A stretch of DNA of 64,000 nt from an uncultured Alphaproteobacteria bacterium (GTDB lineage: Bacteria > Pseudomonadota > Alphaproteobacteria > HIMB59 > GCA-002718135): assembly GCA_902538155.1 (NCBI GenBank), contig CACBDX010000001.1, positions 19,301 through 83,300 of the forward strand, in the 5' to 3' direction. How positions within the stretch are numbered: position 1 is the first letter of the stretch; every line of letters begins with the position of its first letter. The translations under genes and the position numbers were made by a program. Below the pieces are notes generated by a model that saw only the letters and a list, made by a program, of their open reading frames with translations, was not told where the DNA came from and searched no databases. Positions 35,790-44,233 of the stretch are shown one piece after another.

Positions 35790-35840
35790 TTAGATTTTAC
35801 TAAAGCAAATATGATAATTTTAAAGAAGAAAATTAAATAA

Positions 35841-35917
35841 TGGTCGGGGAGAAAGGATTCGAACCTTCGACCCCCTGGTCCCAAACCAGGTGCGCTACCA
35901 GGCTGCGCTACTCCCCG
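35841..35917 (-). tRNA. tRNA-Pro (TGG)
   Basis: The reverse complement reads CGGGGAGTAGCGCAGCCTGGTAGCGCACCTGGTTTGGGACCAGG..TTCGAATCC..CTCCCCGACCA. Confidence 0.9.
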
Positions 35918-35997
35918 AAAAAAATTTGTTATATTCATAAATAAGCTAAAAACAATTCTTTTATGTTTGTTTTCTAAAATAATATTTATTATAATAA

Positions 35998-36067
35998 TTT
36001 TAGGGGTGCTTAAATGCTGAGATTTATACCCTTTTAACCTGATCTGGATAATGCCAGCGGAGGAAAA
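35998..36067 (+). promoter_or_regulatory. TPP (THI-box) riboswitch
   Basis: GGGGTGC..GCTGAGA..ACCC..AACCTGATCTGGATAATGCCAGCGGAGGAA is a near-perfect match to the conserved TPP aptamer core. It ends at the thiB Shine-Dalgarno and ATG. Confidence 0.9.
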
Positions 36068-37051
36068 ATGAAAACATTACTAATTTTTTTTACTACTTTA
36101 TTTATCTCTTTCTCAATCTATGCTGAGAAATTAACTATTTATACCTACGACTCTTTTGTTTCAGAGTGGGGTCCTGGGCCCATAATTGAAAAAATATTTG
36201 AAGAAAAATATAACGCAGATGTAGATTTTGTTGCTGTAGACAGTGCTGCAACATTATTGAATAAAGTTATTTTAGAAGGTGATACTTCTAAGGCAGATAT
36301 AGTTTTAGGTCTTGATATGAATTTATTTGATTTAGCTGAACAATCTGGGCTTTTTACATCTCATAATATCAAAGACATAAACAACTTAATTAATTTACCA
36401 TTAAAATGGGAAACTAATAAATTTGTTCCATATAATTATGGCTACTTTTCCTTTGTTTATAATGAAGCAAATTTAGAAACACCGCCAAAATCAATGGACG
36501 AGTTAATTAATTCTACTAATGCTAGAATTGTAATTCAAGACCCGAGAACCTCTACCCCTGGATTAGGATTATTAACTTGGATGAAAGCATTATATGGAGA
36601 TAAAGCTGGAGATGAATGGAAAAAATTAAATAAAAAAATTATTTCCGTTACCAAAGGTTGGACAGATGCCTATTATAATTTTTTTATGGCAGGAGAAGCT
36701 GACATGGTTTTAAGTTATACTACATCTCCAGCCGCACATATAATGTTTGAAGAAAGGTATGATATTCTTGCTACAACTTTTGAAGAGGGAAATTATATAA
36801 CAATTGAATTTGCAGGCATATTAAATAATTCACAAAATAAAGATTTAGCAAATAAATTTCTTAACTTTATGTTATCAGAAGAATTTCAATCAGTCATACC
36901 ATCAACAAATATTATGTATCCTATTACAAATATAAAAGATTTACCTGAAGCATTTGATAAATTAGATGTTCCTAACTTTATTCAAATGGATCCAAAAGAA
37001 ATTAATAAGAATAAAGAAAAATGGATTGATGAGTGGCTTAATGCCTCGTAA
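36068..37051 (+). CDS. thiB: thiamine/TPP ABC transporter periplasmic binding protein
   Basis: 327 aa with a signal peptide. It has an iron/thiamine SBP-family pattern and sits directly behind the TPP riboswitch. Confidence 0.8.
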   Translation: MKTLLIFFTTLFISFSIYAEKLTIYTYDSFVSEWGPGPIIEKIFEEKYNADVDFVAVDSAATLLNKVILEGDTSKADIVLGLDMNLFDLAEQSGLFTSHNIKDINNLINLPLKWETNKFVPYNYGYFSFVYNEANLETPPKSMDELINSTNARIVIQDPRTSTPGLGLLTWMKALYGDKAGDEWKKLNKKIISVTKGWTDAYYNFFMAGEADMVLSYTTSPAAHIMFEERYDILATTFEEGNYITIEFAGILNNSQNKDLANKFLNFMLSEEFQSVIPSTNIMYPITNIKDLPEAFDKLDVPNFIQMDPKEINKNKEKWIDEWLNAS

Positions 37052-37056
37052 ATAAA

Positions 37057-38652
37057 TTGTATTATAAATATAATTATTCAGTATTATTTATTTTTGGATT
37101 AATTATCCTATTACCTTTCATAGGTATTTTTTCAAAAATTAACTTTGATTTAAACAATATTTATAATTTTTTTCAAAATTCATACACGCATCGTTTAATC
37201 TATTTTTCATTATATCAAGCTTTTCTTTCAGCACTATTAAGTTGTTTTTTAGCTATTCCATTCGCATTAGCTTTAAATAGACATAAGAATTTAAAAATTA
37301 TTAAATTTATCATTTCACTTTGTGGGTTTTGCTTTGTGATACCAACAATCTTAATTGTGTTTGCAGTTATTAAACTCTTTGGAAATAATGGTTTTTATAA
37401 CTCATATTTTAATTTGTACGAGAATTTATCAATAGAGACAATTTTTGGAATAAAAGCAATTTTAATTGCCCATATACTTCTAAATACACCATTTGCGACC
37501 CGATTATTTTTTCAATCCTTAAATAGTATTCCTTCAAAATATTATGAAATATCTAGTTCTCTAAACATTACTTTTTTTGGTAATCTTCTTAAATTAGAAA
37601 TACCTTATATAAGGCAAAATTTTTTTACTGTGTTCTCAATAATATTCTCTCTTTGTTTTTTAAGTTTTGCAATAGTAATGGCATTAGGTGGTGGACCTAT
37701 GTATTCAACAATTGAGGTGGCAATTTATCAATATGCACTTTTTGAACTAAATTTTAATAAAGCAATTTTACTCAGTTTTTTACAAATTTTTATATGTTTA
37801 TTTTTTTTATTTATTGGTTTTTACAAATTAAAAGGTTCAAATTTTTTTGAAATAGATCAAATTAATTTTATTCATCCTCATAAAGAATACAAAGCTATAA
37901 AAATTATAGATTTTTTAATAATTGTATTTTTTTCGATTTTTCTTTTTTCTCCAATACTTTCTGTAATTTATCATTTTATAAATAATGGTATTTATTTTTC
38001 TTTAATTAATGAAAAATTTTTAGAATCTTTTTTTAATTCTCTTATTATTTCAATTACTACAGGAATAATTGTTAGTATATCTGGATTTATAATTTCATCT
38101 ATACTTGTAATAAATTATAAAAATATGATTTTTCAGCAATCAATTTTTTTAATAAGCTCTTCAATAATAATTATTTCTCCAATTATATTTAGCCTTGGTT
38201 ATTTTATTGTATTAGGTGAATTAAGATATCTGCATTTTTTTAAATATTTTGTGATAGTTTTGATAAATTGTCTTTTCTTATTACCCTTTTCTATATTAAT
38301 ACTTTTTAATAATCTGAAAAATATATTTTTAAATTTTGAAAATTTTCAACAAACTTTCCGAATAAGCATTAGAAATTATTTTATTATCTTGCTACCAATG
38401 ATTAAGAAAAATATAATTTTTGTTTTTGCATTTTCGACGGTTATTACTTTTGGTGATTTTACAATAATATCATTTTTTAAAGATCAAAACTTTGATACCT
38501 TGCCATCTTACTTATATAAATTGATTAGTGTCTATAAATTTAACGAAGCTTCTTTTGTAGCTGGTGTAATTTTAATACTAAGTATGATTATATTTTTATT
38601 AATTGATAATTTAAATTACCAAGGCAAGTCAGCCATTAAAACGTGCAGATAA
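37057..38652 (+). CDS. thiP: thiamine ABC transporter permease (duplicated two-domain type)
   Basis: 531 aa, about 12 TM segments, TTG start in the track. Follows thiB. Confidence 0.75.
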   Translation: MYYKYNYSVLFIFGLIILLPFIGIFSKINFDLNNIYNFFQNSYTHRLIYFSLYQAFLSALLSCFLAIPFALALNRHKNLKIIKFIISLCGFCFVIPTILIVFAVIKLFGNNGFYNSYFNLYENLSIETIFGIKAILIAHILLNTPFATRLFFQSLNSIPSKYYEISSSLNITFFGNLLKLEIPYIRQNFFTVFSIIFSLCFLSFAIVMALGGGPMYSTIEVAIYQYALFELNFNKAILLSFLQIFICLFFLFIGFYKLKGSNFFEIDQINFIHPHKEYKAIKIIDFLIIVFFSIFLFSPILSVIYHFINNGIYFSLINEKFLESFFNSLIISITTGIIVSISGFIISSILVINYKNMIFQQSIFLISSSIIIISPIIFSLGYFIVLGELRYLHFFKYFVIVLINCLFLLPFSILILFNNLKNIFLNFENFQQTFRISIRNYFIILLPMIKKNIIFVFAFSTVITFGDFTIISFFKDQNFDTLPSYLYKLISVYKFNEASFVAGVILILSMIIFLLIDNLNYQGKSAIKTCR

Positions 38653-39917
38653 ATACTTGCCACATAACCAATAAATATAACTGGAGTCCATTTTAAATGT
38701 CCAAAAAAAGTGTAATATCCTCTCGCTTGCCCCATTAGTGCTACACCTGCAGCTGAACCAATTGACAAAAGGCTGCCACCCACTCCTGTTGTTAATGTAA
38801 CTAGTAACCATTGATCAATTGACATTTCCGGTCTCATAGTAATTACAGCAAACATCACTGGTATATTATCTACGATAGCTGAAAGAACGCCCACTATAGA
38901 ATTGGCCATTGTTGGGCCTAGACCAATATATAAGAATTCTGAAACAACAGTTAAGTAACCTATAAATCCTAAACCACCTACACTTAAAATAACTCCAAAG
39001 AAAAATAATAAAGTGTCCCATTCAGCTCTTGAAACTTTTCTAAAGAAATCAAATTTTTCATCTTCAACAGATGGATCATGTGTAATTTGCAAATAAAAAG
39101 AATATAACCCAAGTAGACCAAGACCAAACATCATGCCAAGCATTGGAGGCAAGTGAAGAATATTATGGAAGTTTACAGCACTAAAAATTGTAAGCAAACC
39201 TAAAAAGATAATTACTCGTCCGCCTCTTTTCATATATTCTCTATCAGAACTAATTTGTGGTTTTTCATTTGGAATAAAGAAATACATAACTGCAGCAGGA
39301 ATTATGTAATTAACTACAGAAGGAAAAAATATTTTAAAAAATGTAAAAAATTCGACAATACCAGCCTGCCATACCATTAAGGTAGTTATATCTCCAAATG
39401 GACTAAAAGCACCACCTGCATTTGCTGCAACAACTATATTAATACAACCGATCGATATAAATTTTGTATTACCTTTACCACAGGCCATTACTACAGAGCA
39501 CATTACTAGTGCAGTTGTTAAGTTATCAGCTATAGGAGATAAGAAAAAAGTAATTATACCTGTGAATATAAATAATTGTCTAAAGCTAAATCCCCTTGAT
39601 GTTAATTGGTATCTGACTACATCAAAAACTTTTCTTTCTTCTAAAGCATTGATGTAAGTCATAGCAACTAGAAGAAAAAGGAAAAGTTCTGCAAATTCTA
39701 AGATATTATGCTCTAGAGCATACTCAATTTCTTTGGCATATTGCTTATCAGAAGAAAAATGGAAAGCTATAATACCCCATATTACAGCAGCTGAAATAAT
39801 AACTGGTTTAGATTTTCTTAAATGGCTAAATTCTTCTGCCATTACAACAGCATATGCAAGAACAAATACAATAAGGCTTAAAATGCCTACATATGATGTT
39901 GTTAGATCTATTTCCAT
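38616..39917 (-). CDS. nhaD: NhaD/ArsB-superfamily Na+/H+ antiporter
   Basis: 433 aa polytopic protein with the NhaD-like pattern PIADNLTTALVM..ANAGGAFSPFGDITT. Confidence 0.7.
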   Translation of the reverse strand: MEIDLTTSYVGILSLIVFVLAYAVVMAEEFSHLRKSKPVIISAAVIWGIIAFHFSSDKQYAKEIEYALEHNILEFAELFLFLLVAMTYINALEERKVFDVVRYQLTSRGFSFRQLFIFTGIITFFLSPIADNLTTALVMCSVVMACGKGNTKFISIGCINIVVAANAGGAFSPFGDITTLMVWQAGIVEFFTFFKIFFPSVVNYIIPAAVMYFFIPNEKPQISSDREYMKRGGRVIIFLGLLTIFSAVNFHNILHLPPMLGMMFGLGLLGLYSFYLQITHDPSVEDEKFDFFRKVSRAEWDTLLFFFGVILSVGGLGFIGYLTVVSEFLYIGLGPTMANSIVGVLSAIVDNIPVMFAVITMRPEMSIDQWLLVTLTTGVGGSLLSIGSAAGVALMGQARGYYTFFGHLKWTPVIFIGYVASIYLHVLMADLPW

Positions 39918-40705
39918 AGTTTTAAGTTAAAGCCAATTACTTCTTTTTCAATCCCGAAATCATATAGATTATTGTGTATTGCTTCGTCAATAAAAACACT
40001 CTTTTTTATTACTTTTGCTTTATCATAAAGCTTAATACTGTGTTCATGCGGTACAATTTCATCCTTTTTTCCACTAATGATAAGTAATGGCGAGGTTATT
40101 TTATCAATTTTACTGAAGTTATCGAATTTATCTTTAACTAAATATTTTGTTGGAAATATTTTATATCTTTTTTTTGCAATATCATTGATAGATGTAAATG
40201 GCGCTTCTAAAACAATAGATAAAAATTCGTACTTTGTGCCCATTTCTACTGCAGCACCAGATCCGAGTGATTCTCCATAAATCACTAATTCTTTGAATTT
40301 AAATTCAGTATTATTCTTAATCCATTTTAATACTGCTTCTGCATCTTTATATAAATTTTTTTCTGTTGGATCTCCTTTGTTACCCCCAAAACCTCTCCAG
40401 GAAACTAAAAGTACGCTCCAATTTTTTTCGATATACCTTTGGATTCTGTATGCTCTATCTCCGATATGAAAAGAATTACCATGAAAATAGACTATTAAAG
40501 GGAGTGAATTATTCCCTTTATGATACCATGATAACAGCTTTAAGTTATCCTCAGTTTTAATATAAACTTCTTCTGTATTATCCAAGTTATAATCCTTTGG
40601 TGCGCCTGGATGTCCTGATTTATTAAAAACAATGCGTCTTTGAAGGATATACAAGAGAAAACCTAAAAAAAAATATAGAAAAATTGCAGAATAAATGTAA
40701 TTCAT
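39908..40705 (-). CDS. alpha/beta hydrolase (membrane-anchored serine hydrolase)
   Basis: 265 aa. N-terminal TM segment and nucleophile elbow GESLGSG. Confidence 0.7.
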   Translation of the reverse strand: MNYIYSAIFLYFFLGFLLYILQRRIVFNKSGHPGAPKDYNLDNTEEVYIKTEDNLKLLSWYHKGNNSLPLIVYFHGNSFHIGDRAYRIQRYIEKNWSVLLVSWRGFGGNKGDPTEKNLYKDAEAVLKWIKNNTEFKFKELVIYGESLGSGAAVEMGTKYEFLSIVLEAPFTSINDIAKKRYKIFPTKYLVKDKFDNFSKIDKITSPLLIISGKKDEIVPHEHSIKLYDKAKVIKKSVFIDEAIHNNLYDFGIEKEVIGFNLKLWK

Positions 40706-40721
40706 TACTTATTATAATATT

Positions 40722-41177
40722 ATGAGAATAGAAAACAAAGTAATTGATCCTTTAAGTCCTTACAGCCGCGCACTGAAAAAAATAGAGGAAAGTGGCATAA
40801 GACCAACAAAACAAAGAAGAATTTTAGCTAAATTAATTTTTGAAAAAGGTGACAGGCATATTTCTGCTGAAAATCTTTTTGATGAAGTAAAAAAAGAAGA
40901 TAGAAAAATTTCTATGGCTACAATTTATAACACCTTAAAACAATTTACCTCATTAGGATTAATTAGAGAAATAGTTGTTGATCAAAATAAATCACTTTAT
41001 TGTAATAATAATAAATCTCATTATCATTTGTATATTGAAGATGAAGGTAAGATTCATGATATACCTACAAAAAATATTAACCTTGATATACCTTCTATTC
41101 CTGCTTGTCTCTCATTGCATAATATTGATGTTATTGTCAGAGTTAGATCTCTTAAAGAAGATCAAAAAAAGAATTAA
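40722..41177 (+). CDS. Fur-family transcriptional regulator, Irr-like (no CxxC pairs)
   Basis: 151 aa. Winged helix RPTKQRRILAKLIF..ATIYNTLKQF. SHYHLYIEDEGKIHDIP replaces the Fur HHDH..CxxC block, as in Irr. Confidence 0.65.
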   Translation: MRIENKVIDPLSPYSRALKKIEESGIRPTKQRRILAKLIFEKGDRHISAENLFDEVKKEDRKISMATIYNTLKQFTSLGLIREIVVDQNKSLYCNNNKSHYHLYIEDEGKIHDIPTKNINLDIPSIPACLSLHNIDVIVRVRSLKEDQKKN

Positions 41178-41183
41178 ATTGTT

Positions 41184-43133
41184 ATGCACAACATAAAGTT
41201 GTGGTCTCCAAATAATAAAAAAACAAACCTCCACAAGTTTATTAATCAACTAGATAAAAGTTTAAATATAAAAAATTATGCAGACTTGCATAATTGGAGC
41301 ATAAAACATAAAAATGAATTTTGGACTAATGTATGGGATTTCACAAATTTTGTTGGTGAAAAAAAAGGTAAAATTTTTAAATCAGCACCTGAATTTACTA
41401 ATAATAAATTTTTTGATGAATGTAAGATAAATTATGCTGAAAATTGTTTAACAAGAGATGATGATGATGATGCAATAATATTTCATTCTGAAAAAAAAAT
41501 TAAAAGAAATTACTCTTGGAGAGAGTTAAAAAGTGCAGTTTTGAAATTTGCAAATTATTTAAAAAATAATAACATTGAAAAAAATGATAGGATCGCTGCT
41601 ATACTTCCTAATGTACCTGAAACTGTAATTTCATTTTTATCTACAGCACAATTAGGTGCTATTTGGTCATCATGTTCATCAGATTTTGGTAAAAAAGCAA
41701 TTATAGATAGATTTAAACAAATTGAACCAAAAGTATTATTATTTTCAGATTATTATTTTTATAACAATAAAAAAGTTGATACGACAAAAATTATAAAAGA
41801 TATTGTATATAATATCCCAAGTATAGAAAAAATTATTTTGATACCATATGAATTTAATGAACAAGATTATCAATTAGATTTTGAATACGATAATTTGTGT
41901 AAGATTTTACAACAAGAAATTGCGTATAGTAAATTTGAAAAGTTTAATTTTAATCACCCACTGTATATTCTTTATTCGAGTGGAACTACTGGAGTACCAA
42001 AATGTATTGTTCACAGTTCTGGCGGGGCGCTAATACAACATAAAAAAGAACATGTACTACATTGTGATATTAATGAAAAAGATAGAGTTTTTTATTTTAC
42101 TACTTGTGGTTGGATGATGTGGAATTGGTTAGTTTCTGCTTTGGCGTCAAAAGCAACAATAATTTTATATGATGGATCCCCTTTTATTCCCGATAATAAA
42201 CATCTTTTTGAAATAGCAGAAGAAGAAGACATTAATTTTTTTGGCACTGGTGCAAAGTATTTAGATACTTTAAAAAATAATAAAATTAAAATTAAAGAAA
42301 GTTTTAAATTAAATAGTTTAAATACGCTAGCTTCAACAGGATCTCCTTTGGTTAATGAATCATTTGAATACGTTTATGAAAATATCAAATCAAATATTCA
42401 TCTTGAATCTATAAGTGGTGGTACTGATTTAGTTTCGTGTTTTGTTACCGGTAATCCGTTAATGGATGTCTATAGTGGAGAAATTCAGTGTAAAGCTCTT
42501 GGAATGGATGTTGATGTATTTGATGAAAAAGGAAATTCAATCGAAAATCAAAAAGGGGAACTAGTATGTAAATCATCTTTTCCATCAATGCCATTATATT
42601 TTTGGAACGATCCTGATAATAAAAAATATTTTAATTCTTATTTTGGTAAATATAAAAACATTTGGTATCATGGAGATTATATTGAAAAAACTATAAATGA
42701 TGGTTATGTAATTTATGGTCGATCAGATGCAACTCTAAATTCTGGAGGAGTAAGAATAGGTACTGCAGAAATTTATAGAGTAATTGAAAATATTAGAGAA
42801 GTTCAGGAAGCAGTTGCAGTGGAATATAAATTAAAAAATGATACAAAAATTATATTATTTGTTGTCTTGAATAATAATTATGAATTTAATGAAAATTTAA
42901 GATCTAAAATCATAAATGAAATAAAAATTAATCTTTCTTACAAGCATATACCCTCACTAATATATGCTGTTAGTGAAATACCTAGAACTAGAAGTGGTAA
43001 AATAGTTGAAATTTTAATTAAAAAATTAATTAATGGTGAAAGTATTGAAAATGAAGAATCATTAGCCAATCCAGAATGTTTAAAAGAATTTGAATTAGTA
43101 TATAAAAACTTAAAGAATAATTATGCCAAATAG
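41184..43133 (+). CDS. acetoacetyl-CoA synthetase (acetoacetate-CoA ligase)
   Basis: 649 aa. AMP-binding motif YILYSSGTTGVPKCIVH and N-terminal LHNWSIKHKNEFW, typical of AACS. Confidence 0.85.
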   Translation: MHNIKLWSPNNKKTNLHKFINQLDKSLNIKNYADLHNWSIKHKNEFWTNVWDFTNFVGEKKGKIFKSAPEFTNNKFFDECKINYAENCLTRDDDDDAIIFHSEKKIKRNYSWRELKSAVLKFANYLKNNNIEKNDRIAAILPNVPETVISFLSTAQLGAIWSSCSSDFGKKAIIDRFKQIEPKVLLFSDYYFYNNKKVDTTKIIKDIVYNIPSIEKIILIPYEFNEQDYQLDFEYDNLCKILQQEIAYSKFEKFNFNHPLYILYSSGTTGVPKCIVHSSGGALIQHKKEHVLHCDINEKDRVFYFTTCGWMMWNWLVSALASKATIILYDGSPFIPDNKHLFEIAEEEDINFFGTGAKYLDTLKNNKIKIKESFKLNSLNTLASTGSPLVNESFEYVYENIKSNIHLESISGGTDLVSCFVTGNPLMDVYSGEIQCKALGMDVDVFDEKGNSIENQKGELVCKSSFPSMPLYFWNDPDNKKYFNSYFGKYKNIWYHGDYIEKTINDGYVIYGRSDATLNSGGVRIGTAEIYRVIENIREVQEAVAVEYKLKNDTKIILFVVLNNNYEFNENLRSKIINEIKINLSYKHIPSLIYAVSEIPRTRSGKIVEILIKKLINGESIENEESLANPECLKEFELVYKNLKNNYAK

Positions 43134-44109
43134 AGTTATAGTCAGTAAACTAGGTGGTCCAGAAGTTTTAAAATACGAAAACTATGATTTGCCTAAAAAT
43201 GTTGAAGAAAATATGGTCAGAATTAACCAAACTTCAATTGGTATTAACTACATAGATACGTATCATAGAACAGGAATATACCCGTTACCTATAGAAATCC
43301 CTTTTTGTTTAGGGGTAGAAGCAGCAGGAGATGTAATAGAAATTGGAGATAATGTATCGAACTTAAAAGTTGGTGATAGAGTAGCTTACTCCTTTAGCCC
43401 TCCAATTGGTGCTTATTGCGAAGTTAGAGATTTTGATGCTCAAAGAGTTGTAAAATTACCAGAATATATTTCAAATGATGAAGCTGCTTCAATATTATTG
43501 CAGGGAATGACCGTCGAATACCTTTTTGAAAGGTTGTATAAATTACAAAAAGATGAAGTTTTTTTATTTCATGCAGCTGCTGGGGGTGTTGGCTTAATTG
43601 CTAGTCAATGGGCAAAATCCATAGGAGCTAAAATGATAGGTACTGTTAGTACTGATGAAAAAGCATCATTAGCAAAAGAAAACGGATGCGAATTCACAAT
43701 TAATTATAAACAAGAGGATGTTCATAGTAATGTTTTAAAATTAACAAACGATGAGGGAGTTAATGTGGTTTATGATGGAGTAGGTAAAGATACGTTTGAT
43801 ATATCTTTACAATGCTTAAAATTTAGAGGGCTAATGGTATCTTTCGGACAATCTTCAGGAATGGTAAATGATGTCAATCTTCATAGTACATTTAATCCTA
43901 AAAGTTTATATTATACTAGACCAACATTAATGCATTATATTCGTAATTCAGAAGAGCTCACAGAATGTAGTAACAAATTGTTTTTAAAAATTAAAAATAA
44001 AGAAATTAAGCCTAATATTTTCAAAAAATTTAAATTATCAGAAGCCAGTGAGGCTCATGAGTTGATTCAATCAAGGAATTCTGTAGGGTCAATAATTCTA
44101 TGCCCCTAG
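43123..44109 (+). CDS. qor: NADPH:quinone oxidoreductase (zeta-crystallin-type MDR)
   Basis: 328 aa. Contains AAAGGVGLIASQWAK. Overlaps the upstream gene by 11 nt. Confidence 0.8.
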   Translation: MPNRVIVSKLGGPEVLKYENYDLPKNVEENMVRINQTSIGINYIDTYHRTGIYPLPIEIPFCLGVEAAGDVIEIGDNVSNLKVGDRVAYSFSPPIGAYCEVRDFDAQRVVKLPEYISNDEAASILLQGMTVEYLFERLYKLQKDEVFLFHAAAGGVGLIASQWAKSIGAKMIGTVSTDEKASLAKENGCEFTINYKQEDVHSNVLKLTNDEGVNVVYDGVGKDTFDISLQCLKFRGLMVSFGQSSGMVNDVNLHSTFNPKSLYYTRPTLMHYIRNSEELTECSNKLFLKIKNKEIKPNIFKKFKLSEASEAHELIQSRNSVGSIILCP

Positions 44110-44114
44110 ATTAG

Positions 44115-44189
44115 TGGCATCCCCTAGGAGAATCGAACTCCTCTTTTCAGGATGAAAACCTGATGTCCTAACCGATAGACGAAGGGGAC
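44115..44189 (-). tRNA. tRNA-Glu (TTC)
   Basis: The reverse complement GTCCCCTTCGTCTATCGGTTAGGACATCAGGTTTTCATCCTGA..GGAGTTCGATTCTCCTAGGGGATGCCA has anticodon loop TTTTCAT. Confidence 0.9.
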
Positions 44190-44233
44190 ACGAGTTTGGT
44201 ATATAGTAGATATTTTGATTTTTTTCAAATTAT

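Noticed and set aside
35967-35995. TTGTTT-N17-TATAAT promoter-like element upstream of the TPP riboswitch
   Set aside because: The predicted TSS (~36002) would fall at or after the 5' flank needed to close the aptamer. TATAAT-like hexamers are also frequent in this AT-rich DNA. I could not reconcile the two observations, so I did not call it.
40975-41196. 73-aa plus-strand ORF overlapping the end of the Irr-like gene
   Set aside because: It is an alternative frame of a recognisable Fur-family gene and runs into the acetoacetyl-CoA synthetase start. Its Ile/Leu-rich translation is low-information.
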